Shown: positions 9,485-19,695 of the stretch, piece by piece
How positions within the stretch are numbered: position 1 is the stretch's first letter
Layout of the letters: each line of letters starts with the position of its first letter
Assembly: GCA_045540015.1 (NCBI GenBank)
Contig: JAZQGP010000013.1
Coordinates: 128,251-192,250 of the forward strand
From: Eubacteriales bacterium
GTDB lineage: Bacteria > Bacillota > Clostridia > Oscillospirales > CAG-382
Reading direction: 5' to 3'
DNA: 64,000 nucleotides
Notes under the pieces: model-generated
Databases searched by the model: none
What the model was told of the DNA's origin: nothing
The model's input: the letters and a program-made list of their open reading frames with translations, nothing else
Program-made: the position numbers and the translations under genes

Positions 9485-10182
9485 ACCGATGCCTCCTTTT
9501 TGCCGTTTCGTTCATCGGGATGTATGCTTTTAGTGAATATCAGAATTGCCGACGAAAGCAGGAGCGACGGGAAAATAAAGTTGTCAGGACCGAGAAGTAT
9601 GAGGAAAAGTGCCGAGGAAACAAGCCCTGTAATTGCAGGAAGCTTGTACGAATTTTTCTTCCACTGTTCGACAAACAACACAACAAACAGCGCTGTCATT
9701 GAAAAGTCAACACCCGTAAAGTCAAACGGGAGATTGCTGAGAAGTGAGCCTATGCATGAGCCGATTATCCAGTATGAGTGGTCAAAAAGCGAGATAAACA
9801 GCATTGACAGCGGATGTGCGTTGTCGTGCTCGGTAAAGCATAAAACCGAATATGTCTCGTCCGTAAGCTCGTAAATCGGAATAAACTTTTTCTTTCCGAG
9901 TATCTGGAAGCGCGTTATAAATGAAAGCCCGTAGAATATGTGTCTGCTGTTGAGAAGAATTGTCATGACACATGCAGTTGCAAGGGTGGTGTTTCCTGCT
10001 GCGAGAAAATCGCACATGAGAAACTGACCGGAGCCTGCGTATATGAAAAGGCTGGAGAAAAACGCCCACGGCAGACCGTAGCCTGCTTGCCTGAGCAATA
10101 TCCCGAAGGCGGTGCCTAAAAACAGGTAGCCGAACAAAACGGGAAGCGAGCGCTTGAATGAATAGAGAATTATCTTTTTCAA
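9481..10182 (-). CDS. azlC: AzlC family branched-chain amino acid permease component
   Basis: FKRSLPVLFGYLFLGTAFGIL...GSGQF motif region. TTG start at 10182 lies 8 nt after AAGGAG; the track start 10224 is probably too long. Confidence 0.8.
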   Translation of the reverse strand: MKKIILYSFKRSLPVLFGYLFLGTAFGILLRQAGYGLPWAFFSSLFIYAGSGQFLMCDFLAAGNTTLATACVMTILLNSRHIFYGLSFITRFQILGKKKFIPIYELTDETYSVLCFTEHDNAHPLSMLFISLFDHSYWIIGSCIGSLLSNLPFDFTGVDFSMTALFVVLFVEQWKKNSYKLPAITGLVSSALFLILLGPDNFIFPSLLLSSAILIFTKSIHPDERNGKKEASV

Positions 10183-10306
10183 GGTGAAATCTCCTTGTGT
10201 TTTTAGATTTACACAGTATATCACCGAAATCTCCGGTTATCAAGCTGTATTTGTAAATAAAAGTCGCATTTTGCATATAATACGGCAAAAAAGAGATAAA
10301 AAGGTA

Positions 10307-10335
10307 TTGCAAAAAAAGCAAAATAGAGGTATAAT
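10307..10335 (+). promoter_or_regulatory. sigma-70-type promoter
   Basis: TTGCAA, 17-nt spacer, TATAAT (10330-10335), upstream of the DUF1858 gene. Confidence 0.5.
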
Positions 10336-10370
10336 ATATCTGTAAATTTATTATTTCTCGGAGGTTTATC

Positions 10371-10574
10371 ATGAAAGAAGTAACAAAAGACACAATCGTA
10401 GGCGATATTCTTGACATCGCGCCCGAAGCAGCACCGCTTTTCCTTGAAATCGGAATGCACTGCCTTGGCTGTCCTTCGGCAAGAGGCGAGAGCATAGAAA
10501 TGGCATGCGCTGTTCACGGAGTTGACGCAGACGAGCTTGTTGAAAAAATCAACACACTGCTTTCATCAAAGTAA
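10371..10574 (+). CDS. DUF1858 domain protein (hybrid-cluster-protein-associated redox disulfide domain)
   Basis: 67 aa with MHCLGCPSARGESIE, a CxxC motif typical of DUF1858. Confidence 0.75.
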   Translation: MKEVTKDTIVGDILDIAPEAAPLFLEIGMHCLGCPSARGESIEMACAVHGVDADELVEKINTLLSSK

Positions 10575-11317
10575 TGAGCCGAGAGTTGACTAAACCGTCA
10601 GTCCGGCTGAGTGCGGCGGCTGAAATGGCCGCCGCTGCTTTGTCATGTGAGAAAAAAACGAAACGAGCACTTGATGTCGGTTGCGACCATGCAAAGCTTG
10701 CGGTATACCTTGTGCAGTCGGGACTGTTTTCTCATGTGACAGCGTCTGATGTTGCCGACGGTCCGTGTGAAAAGGCAAGACAAACGGTCAGAGAAAGAAC
10801 GCTGAGAGGCGAAAGCCTTGAAAAATATATAACCGTTGTAAAGTCAGACGGACTTTGCGGATTTGAAAACGAGCATTTCGACTGTGTTTTCATACTCGGA
10901 ATGGGCGGTGAGCTTATTTCGGATATACTCGAAAAGGGCAGCTTTACAAGATGTGATGAAAATCGCGAGAAAATACGGTATATCCTTCAGCCCATGACAA
11001 GCGAGGACAAGCTTCGCGAATATCTGTATGAAAACGGCTACAGAATAGATGACGAAACAATGGTTTGTGACAAATCAAGAGTGTACGCAATTCTTTCGGT
11101 GTGCTTTGACGGCGAAAAACGAAAGGGTACTAAGAGCGAATATCTTCTCGGAAAAGCAAATATAGAAAGACGTACAGAGCTGTTTGAAAGACAGCTTGAC
11201 AGGAGAATACGCATTACAAAAAAAGCTCTTGAAGAAAGACTGCAGAACGGACTTGAGTCTGATGAGCTTAAAACACTTCTTGATGAGCTTCTCGTGATAA
11301 AGGAGAATAAAAAATGA
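10574..11317 (+). CDS. trmK: tRNA (adenine22-N1)-methyltransferase TrmK-like
   Basis: LDVGCDHAKLAVYLV SAM-binding start. Followed by a Nif3-family gene, the conserved trmK(yqfN)-yqfO pair. Confidence 0.75.
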   Translation: MSRELTKPSVRLSAAAEMAAAALSCEKKTKRALDVGCDHAKLAVYLVQSGLFSHVTASDVADGPCEKARQTVRERTLRGESLEKYITVVKSDGLCGFENEHFDCVFILGMGGELISDILEKGSFTRCDENREKIRYILQPMTSEDKLREYLYENGYRIDDETMVCDKSRVYAILSVCFDGEKRKGTKSEYLLGKANIERRTELFERQLDRRIRITKKALEERLQNGLESDELKTLLDELLVIKENKK

Positions 11318-12081
11318 TAACTGTAAGAGATATAGACATTCTTTTGAGCGCGGTTGCTCCGAAGTCGCTTTCGGAGGAATGGGACAACGACGGCGTTATG
11401 CTGTGTTCGAGCCTTGATAAACCTGTGAAAAAAGTGCTTTGTGCACTTGAAGTTACAGAGGAAGTGTCAAAATATGCCTGTGAAAACGGCTTTGACCTTG
11501 TTGTAACGCATCACCCGCTTATCTTCAGGAAAATTTCAAGGCTTGACGAGAGCAATTTTAACGTGTTTGCACCGTTTTTTGAAAAAGGAATAAGCGTGCT
11601 TTCGTATCATACAAGGCTTGACAGCGCAGAGGGCGGAGTGAACGACTGTCTTGCAGGGCTTATCGGCATGACGGATGTTTGCGGCTTTGGCGGAGAATCC
11701 GGCTGCATAGCCAGAATCGGAAAAGTGATACCAATGTCATTTGAGCAGTTTGGGGAGCATCTGCTGTCAAAGCTTAATTGTGTAAATATCCGTGCGTGTG
11801 ATTCAGGAAAAGCAATAGAAAAGGTTGCGCTTGTCGGCGGCTCGGGTAAAGACTATATTTTTGATGCTGTGCGTTCGGGTGCAGATGCTTTTGTTACAAG
11901 CGAAATACCGCACCACATGTACGAAGAAGCAAAAAAGCTCGGCATAAGTCTTTTTGACTGCGGTCACTATTACACAGAAAACTGCATTGCCGAAAAGCTC
12001 GCAGAGCTTATAAAAGAAAAGTATCCCGAACTTTGCGTACAGGCTTTTGATGTACAAAGTCCGTATGTTTGTATACAGTAA
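11314..12081 (+). CDS. Nif3-like dinuclear metal center protein
   Basis: VVTHHPLIF motif, ~255 aa, coupled to trmK by an ATGA overlap. Confidence 0.85.
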   Translation: MITVRDIDILLSAVAPKSLSEEWDNDGVMLCSSLDKPVKKVLCALEVTEEVSKYACENGFDLVVTHHPLIFRKISRLDESNFNVFAPFFEKGISVLSYHTRLDSAEGGVNDCLAGLIGMTDVCGFGGESGCIARIGKVIPMSFEQFGEHLLSKLNCVNIRACDSGKAIEKVALVGGSGKDYIFDAVRSGADAFVTSEIPHHMYEEAKKLGISLFDCGHYYTENCIAEKLAELIKEKYPELCVQAFDVQSPYVCIQ

Positions 12082-12096
12082 ACCGGAGGAATAAAA

Positions 12097-13908
12097 GTGC
12101 CATTTGATGCAGGCGTTATGGCTGCGGTTGTAAAGCAGCTTCGCGAAAGTGCACTCGGTGCAAGAATAGATAAAATATATCAGCCCGAAAGGGATGAAAT
12201 TATACTGAATATAAGGGGTGTATCTCAGTCAAGACGTCTCTTGCTTTCGGCGTGTCCGGGTAACGCAAGGGTTGGATACTGCTCTGCAGACCGAGAGAAT
12301 CCGCAGACACCGCCAATGTTTTGTATGCTTCTCAGAAAGCATTTGTCAGGCGGACATATAACAGATGTCAGACAAATCGGCTTTGACAGAGCGATTGAGA
12401 TACGGATAAGTGCAAACGACGAAATGGGCTTTGCGTCGGACAAATATCTTATTTGTGAAATCATGGGAACGTACAGCAATATAGTATTCCTTGACGAGAA
12501 CAGGAAGATTATTTCCGTTTTACATCCCGTGAGTCTGTCTGTCAGTAACAAGCGGCAGGTTTTGTGCGGCTTTGTCTATGAAGATCCGCCAAAGCAAGAG
12601 GGAAAAATCGGAGCACTTGATATAACGAGCGAGGAATTCGATGCAAAAATCAAGAGCGATATTGAAAGCGGAAAAGCAGGTGCTGCAGACAAATACCTCA
12701 TTTCCTCGTTTGCAGGACTTTCGCCTCTTACTGCAAGAGAAATCGTATACAGAGCAAGCGGTTCTACGGGCACTCCTTTGACTGAAATTGACACAGACAA
12801 GCTTCGCTTTAATTATTTTCTTTTGTACGGAAATGTGGCAAAGAATGAGTTTTGTCCTTGCCTTATAAGGGATGCATCGGGAAACGTGGTTGACTTTTCG
12901 TTTTGCGAAATACGTCAGTACGGAGCAAATTACGCTTGTGTGATGTATGAAAACGTAAGCGAAATGCTTGATGCTTTCTTTGAAAAACGCGACAGGCAGG
13001 AAAGCGTAAAGCACAGAGGTCAGGATATTTTAAGATTACTTACAAATGCCGAAACGCGAATTTCAAAGAAAATTGCGCTTCAGCGTGAGTCACTCTCAGA
13101 GTGTGCCGGAAAAGACGAATGGAAAAAAACAGGCGAGCTTATAACGGCTAACATGTATCTTCTCAAAAAAGGTATGGACAAGGCAAGTCTTATCGATTAC
13201 AGCGACGAAAGCATGCCGACGGTTGAAATAGAGCTTGACACAAGGCTGACACCTGCCCAGAACGCGCAGAGGTATTTCAAGAAGTACAATAAGGCAAAAT
13301 CTGCCGAGATTATGCTAACCGAGCAAATCGCACAGGGTGAAAAGGAGCTTTCTTATTTAGACACTATTTTTGACAGCCTTACAAAAGCCGAAACGGAAGC
13401 AGACCTTTCTCAGATAAGAAACGAGCTTGCAATGACAGGCTACGGCAAGAAGCTTGAAAACATGAGAAAAAGCCTTAATAAGTCCAAAAAGGACTATAAG
13501 GCAACCATGAAAACCGTATATAAGCCGATGCGTTTTGAAACGAGCGGCGGATATGAGGTACTGTGCGGAAAGAACAATCTGCAGAATGACTATGTTACAA
13601 CTGTTGCGGCATCCAAGGACGATTACTGGTTCCATGTTAAAAACGCTCCCGGCTCTCACGTTGTAATGAGATGCGGCAAAGACGATCCGAGCGCCGAGGA
13701 TTTTACGCAGTGCGCCATGATTGCGGCTTTTTACAGCTCTCAGAAGGAGCTTCCGCAGGCACCTGTTGACTATACAAGAGTCAGAAACGTCAAAAAGCCG
13801 TCAGGCTCAAAGCCGGGATTTGTTATATATGAGTCAAATTACACGGCTTACGTAACGGCAAATGCCGAAGTGGTTGAAAAACTCAAAACAAGTGACAAGA
13901 GAGAGTGA
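12097..13908 (+). CDS. rqcH: ribosome quality control NFACT protein RqcH / FbpA-like
   Basis: N-terminal NFACT-N (MPFDAGVMAAVVKQLRE...IDKIYQPERDEI), coiled-coil middle region, and C-terminal NFACT-R (WFHVKNAPGSHVV). Confidence 0.85.
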   Translation: MPFDAGVMAAVVKQLRESALGARIDKIYQPERDEIILNIRGVSQSRRLLLSACPGNARVGYCSADRENPQTPPMFCMLLRKHLSGGHITDVRQIGFDRAIEIRISANDEMGFASDKYLICEIMGTYSNIVFLDENRKIISVLHPVSLSVSNKRQVLCGFVYEDPPKQEGKIGALDITSEEFDAKIKSDIESGKAGAADKYLISSFAGLSPLTAREIVYRASGSTGTPLTEIDTDKLRFNYFLLYGNVAKNEFCPCLIRDASGNVVDFSFCEIRQYGANYACVMYENVSEMLDAFFEKRDRQESVKHRGQDILRLLTNAETRISKKIALQRESLSECAGKDEWKKTGELITANMYLLKKGMDKASLIDYSDESMPTVEIELDTRLTPAQNAQRYFKKYNKAKSAEIMLTEQIAQGEKELSYLDTIFDSLTKAETEADLSQIRNELAMTGYGKKLENMRKSLNKSKKDYKATMKTVYKPMRFETSGGYEVLCGKNNLQNDYVTTVAASKDDYWFHVKNAPGSHVVMRCGKDDPSAEDFTQCAMIAAFYSSQKELPQAPVDYTRVRNVKKPSGSKPGFVIYESNYTAYVTANAEVVEKLKTSDKRE

Positions 13909-13912
13909 TAAT

Positions 13913-15037
13913 ATGAGAAAGACAATAAATGTGGCTGTTGTCGGAAAAGGTTCAATGGGCAGAACTCATTCCGCATCAATAAAATTGCTTGACTACTGCT
14001 ATAGAAATCTTCCTTTTGAAGTAAAGCTTCATACGCTTGTGACAAGAAATCCCGAAACTGCAAGAAATGATGCCGACAGCCTCGGCTTTGAAAATTTTTG
14101 CCTTGACTATGACAAAATGCTGAAAAATCCGAAAATAGACGTTGTTGACATCTGTACGCCGAACAATGTGCATTTTGAGCAGATTTCAAAAGCAGTAAAG
14201 GCAGGAAAGCATATTTTATGTGAAAAGCCGCTTGCAATATCGGCAAGCGAAGCGAGAGAAATTCTGAAGCTTACAGAGAATGAGGAAAAATGCTATGGAA
14301 TGGTGTTCAACAATCGCCATCTGCCGAGTGCAATAAGAGCACGAGAGCTTGTGCGAGAGGGCAGAATAGGACGTGTTCTCACATTTCGCTGTGTGTATCT
14401 GCATTCCTCGGGAACAGATCCCGAAAAGAACGCAGGCTGGAAGCAAAATAAGGATATCTGCGGTGGCGGTGTGCTGTTTGACCTCGGCTCGCACGCAATT
14501 GATCTTTTGCACTTTGTCCTCGGAGACGATGAACAGTATGAATTTGACGAAGTAAAGGCAATGAGCCAAATTGGCTTTGAAATGCGCCGCGGCATGGACG
14601 GAAAAGACTGGAAAACAAATGCGGATGAGGCTTTTTACATTCTTGCACGCATGAAAAACAGCGCCGTCGGAAGCATAGAAGCAAGCAAAATTGCAGTGGG
14701 TGCAAATGACGATCTGATACTTGAAATAAGAGGAACCAAGGGCGCAATAAAGTTTGACCTCATGCAGCCGAATTACCTTGAGTTTTGTGATAATACCGCA
14801 GACGGTGTGCCTCACGGCGGGCTTCGGGGCTTTACAAAAATTGAATGCGTTAACCGATATGACTTAGAGCAAAGTGTATTTCCCGGAATGAGAGCACCGA
14901 TAGGTTGGCTTCGCGGTCATATCCACAGCATGTACAACTATTTTGACTGCGTTTATCGCGGAAAACAACCCTCTCCGTCCTTTAAAGACGGCGCATATGT
15001 GAACGAAATTATGGAAATGGCGTACAATAGGGCATAA
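13913..15037 (+). CDS. Gfo/Idh/MocA family oxidoreductase
   Basis: N-terminal Rossmann fold INVAVVGKGSMGRTH, and EKPLA motif (CEKPLAIS). ATG at 13913 lies just after the rqcH stop; track start 13862 overlaps rqcH. Confidence 0.85.
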   Translation: MRKTINVAVVGKGSMGRTHSASIKLLDYCYRNLPFEVKLHTLVTRNPETARNDADSLGFENFCLDYDKMLKNPKIDVVDICTPNNVHFEQISKAVKAGKHILCEKPLAISASEAREILKLTENEEKCYGMVFNNRHLPSAIRARELVREGRIGRVLTFRCVYLHSSGTDPEKNAGWKQNKDICGGGVLFDLGSHAIDLLHFVLGDDEQYEFDEVKAMSQIGFEMRRGMDGKDWKTNADEAFYILARMKNSAVGSIEASKIAVGANDDLILEIRGTKGAIKFDLMQPNYLEFCDNTADGVPHGGLRGFTKIECVNRYDLEQSVFPGMRAPIGWLRGHIHSMYNYFDCVYRGKQPSPSFKDGAYVNEIMEMAYNRA

Positions 15038-15136
15038 AACAGAGTGCAAAATGTGCGATAGGTCGCGAAAAATCGCACATATCAAGAGGCAATATAGCAA
15101 AAAACGTAAATGTTGTGTGTAATTTTTGTTGTTCTA

Positions 15137-15165
15137 TTGAAATTGAAATAATTATATGATACAAT
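15137..15165 (+). promoter_or_regulatory. sigma-70-type promoter of NYN gene
   Basis: TTGAAA (15137-15142), 17-nt spacer, extended -10 TGATACAAT (15157-15165). Confidence 0.5.
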
Positions 15166-15218
15166 ATATGGTTGTATGGCTTGTGCAGGAATAATATGGG
15201 CAAGGAGGACTGATATTT

Positions 15219-16016
15219 ATAGGCAAACTGTTAAAACGGCTTTTCGCAGAAAGTGCGGCAAAGCCTAAAGCGGCAGTTTTTGTTGATTATGAGCATTGGT
15301 ATATTTCGCTTGATAAAAACTTTCGCATAAAGCCTGACATTGAAAGCTTTATGAATGAGCTGAATGAAAAGTATGACGTTGCACATATATCCTTTTTCGG
15401 TAATTTTTCAAACACGTCGCTCAACAGCGAAATGCACAGGATACGCGGTTTTACAAACAAGATAGTAGAAACTGATAACGGCAAAGATTTTTATAAAAAA
15501 GATTATACGGATTTTATTATTCTCGACCACATTTATCAAAGCGCATATACGGACAAGAGCATTGACACGTATGTTGTTTTTACCGGTGACGGTCATTTTT
15601 CCTCTGCGGTTCTGTTTTTGAAGAACGTGTGCAGAAAGAACGTTGTTGTGTACGGTGTCAAAGGAGCTTTTTCGGGTCAGTTAAAGCAAGCGGCAAGCTC
15701 TTATTGCGAACTTCCCGAAGAGGAGCAAAAGCTACTCCCGTATTTCCGTATGATTATATCAAGCCTGTATGCTCTTGAAAACGAAAACAAAAACGCATAT
15801 CCGTCATTTATAAAAACCGTCAAAGCCGTAGCCGAAAAGTACAACGCCGATGAAGCGCTTGTAAAAACGGCACTCGAAAAGCTTATGTCCGACGGATATA
15901 TAACCCAGTATGTAAAGAAAATCAAGGGCAGAGCCGTAAAGCTTCTTGCAACAGATTACGGCAAAGCCGAAAAAGACGGTCTTTTCAGACCGGGAAATAT
16001 TGTAAAGCCCTTTTGA
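15219..16016 (+). CDS. NYN (LabA-like) domain protein; start codon uncertain or non-canonical
   Basis: NYN-type core (AVFVDYEHWYISL...VVFTGDGHFSSAV). The conserved N-terminus lies upstream of the first ATG (15351), in a frame open from 15195. AAGGAGG sits at 15202-15208. Only ATA (15213, 15219) or CTG codons are in frame. Confidence 0.6.
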   Translation: MGKLLKRLFAESAAKPKAAVFVDYEHWYISLDKNFRIKPDIESFMNELNEKYDVAHISFFGNFSNTSLNSEMHRIRGFTNKIVETDNGKDFYKKDYTDFIILDHIYQSAYTDKSIDTYVVFTGDGHFSSAVLFLKNVCRKNVVVYGVKGAFSGQLKQAASSYCELPEEEQKLLPYFRMIISSLYALENENKNAYPSFIKTVKAVAEKYNADEALVKTALEKLMSDGYITQYVKKIKGRAVKLLATDYGKAEKDGLFRPGNIVKPF

Positions 16017-16082
16017 AGCACAGATGCTTGCACAAGCTGTTTTTAATATAAATACAAAAACAAACCCGAAAGGTGAAGGATT

Positions 16083-17816
16083 ATGAAAAAAATGATGCTT
16101 GGTAACGAAGCTGTTGCACGTGGACTGTATGAAGCAGGCTGCCGCTACGTTTCAAGTTACCCCGGAACTCCGAGTACGGAAATTACGGAATTTGTCTCGG
16201 AATACAATGAAGTTTATGCAGAATGGGCGCCTAATGAAAAGGTTGCGGCAGAAAGTGCATACGGTGCTGCAATAAGCGGTGCAAGAGCTTTTTGTGCAAT
16301 GAAGCATGTTGGCCTTAATGTTGCGGCTGACCCCTTATTTGTAATGTCTTATACAGGAATAAACGGCGGTCTTGTTGTGGCTGTAGCAGATGACCCCGGA
16401 ATGCATTCTTCTCAGAATGAGCAGGATTCAAGACACTATGCAATATCCGCAAAGCTTCCTATGCTTGAACCGACAGACTCTGCGGAATGTCTTGCGTTTA
16501 CAAAGCTTGCGTTTGAAATATCTGAAAAATTTGATACTCCCGTTATTTTAAGACTTTCAACAAGAGTTTCTCACTCTCAGAGCTTTGTCGAGCTTTCGGA
16601 TAGGGAAGATGTTGCACTCAAGCCTTATACAAAGGACCCTGCAAAATTCGTTATGGCTCCTGCAAATGCAATTAAGCGCCATGTTGTTGCAGAAGCAAGA
16701 CTCAAGGAAATTGCAGAATATGCAAACACAATGAGCGAAAACAAAGCAGAGTATCATGACAAGAAAACAGGCGTTATCTGTGCAGGCTCTACATACGCAT
16801 ATGCAAGAGAAGCTCTCGGAGATACGGTTTCGTATCTGAAGCTTGCACTTGTAAACCCGCTTCCCGAAAAGCTTATACGCGATTTTGCATCGAGTGTTGA
16901 AAAGGTTATTGTAATAGAAGAGCTTGATCCCGTTATTGAAACTTATGTAAAGGCTCTCGGAATAGAGTGTTCAGGTAAGGATGTCCTTCCAAATCTCGGA
17001 GAGTTTTCTCAGGAGCTTTTGGAAAAATGCCTTCTCGGTAAAATCAATGAAAGCTGTTCAATAGATGAAGAAATTCCGGTAAGACCGCCCGTTATGTGTC
17101 CCGGATGTCCGCACAGAGGACTTTTCTATGTTCTCAAAAAGCTTGGAGTTACAGTAAGCGGCGATATCGGATGCTATACTCTCGGTTCAGCACCGCCTCT
17201 TACCGCTATTGATACAACTCTTTGCATGGGTGCTTCAATTTCCGCACTTCACGGAATGAACAAGTGCCTTGGCATTGACCCGAAAAAATCCGTTGCGGTA
17301 ATCGGTGACTCCACCTTTGCTCACTCCGGTATGACAGGTCTTATGAACCTCGTTTACAACAAGGCTCAGAGTACCGTTATTATTTCGGATAACAGCATTA
17401 CCGGCATGACAGGTCATCAGCAGAATCCCTTTACGGGCAAAACCCTTAAGGGTGAAGATACATATCAGATTAAAATTGAAGAAGTTTGCCGTGCTCTCGG
17501 TGTAAAGGATGTAAAGATCATAGACCCCAATAACATGAAGGAGCTTGAAGCAGGCATAAAGGACTCTCTTTCGAGAGAAGAAGTTTCCGTTATTATTGCA
17601 AGACGTCCCTGTGTTCTTTTGAAGAGCGTTAAAAAGGACAAGCTTTATGAGATAGATGCGGATAAGTGCAAGAGCTGTAAGGCTTGCATGAAGATAGGAT
17701 GTCCCGCAATAAGCATGTGCGAGGGTAAGGCTGTTATTGATACATCACTATGCACAGGCTGCGGACTTTGCGAAGAAATGTGTGCCTTTGGCTGTATCAC
17801 AGGAAAGTCGAGATAA
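16083..17816 (+). CDS. iorA: indolepyruvate ferredoxin oxidoreductase subunit alpha
   Basis: N-terminal MLGNEAVARGLYEAG...YPGTPSTEI, a TPP-binding region, and two C-terminal 4Fe-4S motifs (CKSCKACMKIGCP, CTGCGLCEEMC). Confidence 0.9.
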   Translation: MKKMMLGNEAVARGLYEAGCRYVSSYPGTPSTEITEFVSEYNEVYAEWAPNEKVAAESAYGAAISGARAFCAMKHVGLNVAADPLFVMSYTGINGGLVVAVADDPGMHSSQNEQDSRHYAISAKLPMLEPTDSAECLAFTKLAFEISEKFDTPVILRLSTRVSHSQSFVELSDREDVALKPYTKDPAKFVMAPANAIKRHVVAEARLKEIAEYANTMSENKAEYHDKKTGVICAGSTYAYAREALGDTVSYLKLALVNPLPEKLIRDFASSVEKVIVIEELDPVIETYVKALGIECSGKDVLPNLGEFSQELLEKCLLGKINESCSIDEEIPVRPPVMCPGCPHRGLFYVLKKLGVTVSGDIGCYTLGSAPPLTAIDTTLCMGASISALHGMNKCLGIDPKKSVAVIGDSTFAHSGMTGLMNLVYNKAQSTVIISDNSITGMTGHQQNPFTGKTLKGEDTYQIKIEEVCRALGVKDVKIIDPNNMKELEAGIKDSLSREEVSVIIARRPCVLLKSVKKDKLYEIDADKCKSCKACMKIGCPAISMCEGKAVIDTSLCTGCGLCEEMCAFGCITGKSR

Positions 17817-17829
17817 GGAGGAAAAGACA

Positions 17830-18408
17830 GTGAGTAAAACAACAAATATACTTATTGCCGGTGTCGGCGGACAGGGAACACTGCTTGCAAGCCGTATTCT
17901 CGGACATGTCTTTATTTCCGAAGGTCATGACGTTAAGGTTTCCGAGGTACACGGTATGAGCCAGAGAGGCGGCTCGGTTGTAACTTATGTAAAATATGGA
18001 GAAAAGGTTGAGTCACCTGTTATATGTAAGGGTGAGGCAGACTTCCTTATTTCCTTTGAGCTTTGTGAAACAGCACGCTGGCTTCCTTTTCTTAAAAAAG
18101 ACGGCATCGTAGTAACAAGCACTCAGAAAACAAATCCTATGCCCGTAATTATGGGTGTTAAGGAATATCCGTCGGATATCGAGGGGAAAATAAAAGCACT
18201 TGGAATTAATCTTATGAGCGCGGATGCACTCGGGCTTGCCGAAAAGTGCGGAACCTCAAAGGCAGCAAACGTTGTTCTTATCGGCATGTTTGCAAAGCAC
18301 TCAGACCTTCCAAAAGAAGTGTTTGTAAAGGCAGTTGAAGAATGTGTTCCCGAAAAAACAAGAAGCATAAATCTTGCGGCTTTTGAAGCGGGATACAGTC
18401 TTGATTAA
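17830..18408 (+). CDS. iorB: indolepyruvate oxidoreductase subunit beta
   Basis: NILIAGVGGQGTLLASRILG motif. GTG at 17830 follows AGGAGG; track start 17737 overlaps iorA. Confidence 0.85.
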   Translation: MSKTTNILIAGVGGQGTLLASRILGHVFISEGHDVKVSEVHGMSQRGGSVVTYVKYGEKVESPVICKGEADFLISFELCETARWLPFLKKDGIVVTSTQKTNPMPVIMGVKEYPSDIEGKIKALGINLMSADALGLAEKCGTSKAANVVLIGMFAKHSDLPKEVFVKAVEECVPEKTRSINLAAFEAGYSLD

Positions 18409-18468
18409 TATAAAGCAAAAGCCAATATTTAATTGTTTAAAATTTCATAATGAAAGAGGCATATAGTT

Positions 18469-19671
18469 ATGGCAGACAAAGAAAGAAGAGTTGGTACGGT
18501 TTCCAGAGGAATCCGTTGCCCCATTATCCGTGAGGGAGACAATCTTGCAGAGATTGTTGCAACAAGCGTTCTTGAAGCAGCAGAAATTGAAGGCTTTGAG
18601 ATTCGTGACCGCGATGTTATTTCGATAACAGAGTCTATTGTTGCACGTGCACAGGGAAACTACGCGTCGGTTGACGATATTGCAGCCGATGTAAGAGCAA
18701 AGCTTGGCGGAGAAACTATAGGTGTTATTTTCCCGATACTTTCCAGAAACCGCTTTGCAATCTGTCTTCGCGGTATCGCAAAGGGCGCAAAGAAGGTTGT
18801 TCTCATGTTCAGCTATCCTTCGGACGAGGTTGGTAATGAGCTTGTCAGCCTTGATAAACTTGACGAAGCAGGCGTAAATCCTTATTCGGATGTACTTACA
18901 CTCGAAAAGTACCGCGAGCTTTTCGGAGTTAATAAGCATGAATTTACAGGCGTTGACTACGTTGAGTATTACGGAAATCTTATCCGTGAAAGCGGTGCTG
19001 AGGTTGAAATAATCTTTGCAAATCAAGCAAAAGCTATTCTTGATTATGCCGATTGTATTCTTAACTGTGATATCCACACAAGAGCACGCACAAAGCGTAT
19101 TCTTAAAGCGGCAGGAGCAAAAGTTGTTGTCGGACTTGACGAAATTCTTAACGCTCCCGTAAACGGCAGCGGATGCAATGAAAAATACGGTCTTCTCGGT
19201 TCTAATAAGTCAACCGAAGATAAGGTGAAGCTCTTCCCGAGAGAATGTAAGGATTTGGTCCTTGATATTCAGGAAAGAATTAACAAGGCAACCGGCAAGC
19301 ACGTAGAGGTTATGGTGTACGGCGACGGTGCGTTCAAAGATCCCCAAGGTAAAATCTGGGAACTTGCAGACCCGGTTGTTCCTCCTGCATTTACCGACGG
19401 TCTTATCGGTACTCCGAACGAATTGAAGCTTAAATATCTTGCAGATAACGATTTCAAGGATTTGTCGGGTGACGCTCTTAAGGAAGCAATTTCCAACAGC
19501 ATTAAAGCGAAAGACGGCAGCAGCCTTGTAGGTAATATGGCTTCTCAAGGAACAACTCCCAGACAGCTTACCGACCTTATCGGTTCTCTCTGCGATCTTA
19601 CAAGTGGCTCCGGTGATAAGGGAACACCTGTAGTTTTTGTACAGGGATACTTTGATAATTATACAAACTGA
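18469..19671 (+). CDS. F420-0:gamma-glutamyl ligase (CofE)-family protein
   Basis: 400-aa protein whose N-terminus (GIRCPIIREGDNLAEIV...ISITESIVARAQG) resembles the CofE/F420-ligase fold seen in Firmicutes homologues. Function here is unknown. Confidence 0.55.
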   Translation: MADKERRVGTVSRGIRCPIIREGDNLAEIVATSVLEAAEIEGFEIRDRDVISITESIVARAQGNYASVDDIAADVRAKLGGETIGVIFPILSRNRFAICLRGIAKGAKKVVLMFSYPSDEVGNELVSLDKLDEAGVNPYSDVLTLEKYRELFGVNKHEFTGVDYVEYYGNLIRESGAEVEIIFANQAKAILDYADCILNCDIHTRARTKRILKAAGAKVVVGLDEILNAPVNGSGCNEKYGLLGSNKSTEDKVKLFPRECKDLVLDIQERINKATGKHVEVMVYGDGAFKDPQGKIWELADPVVPPAFTDGLIGTPNELKLKYLADNDFKDLSGDALKEAISNSIKAKDGSSLVGNMASQGTTPRQLTDLIGSLCDLTSGSGDKGTPVVFVQGYFDNYTN

Positions 19672-19695
19672 TAAGATATACGGAGGAACTAAGTT

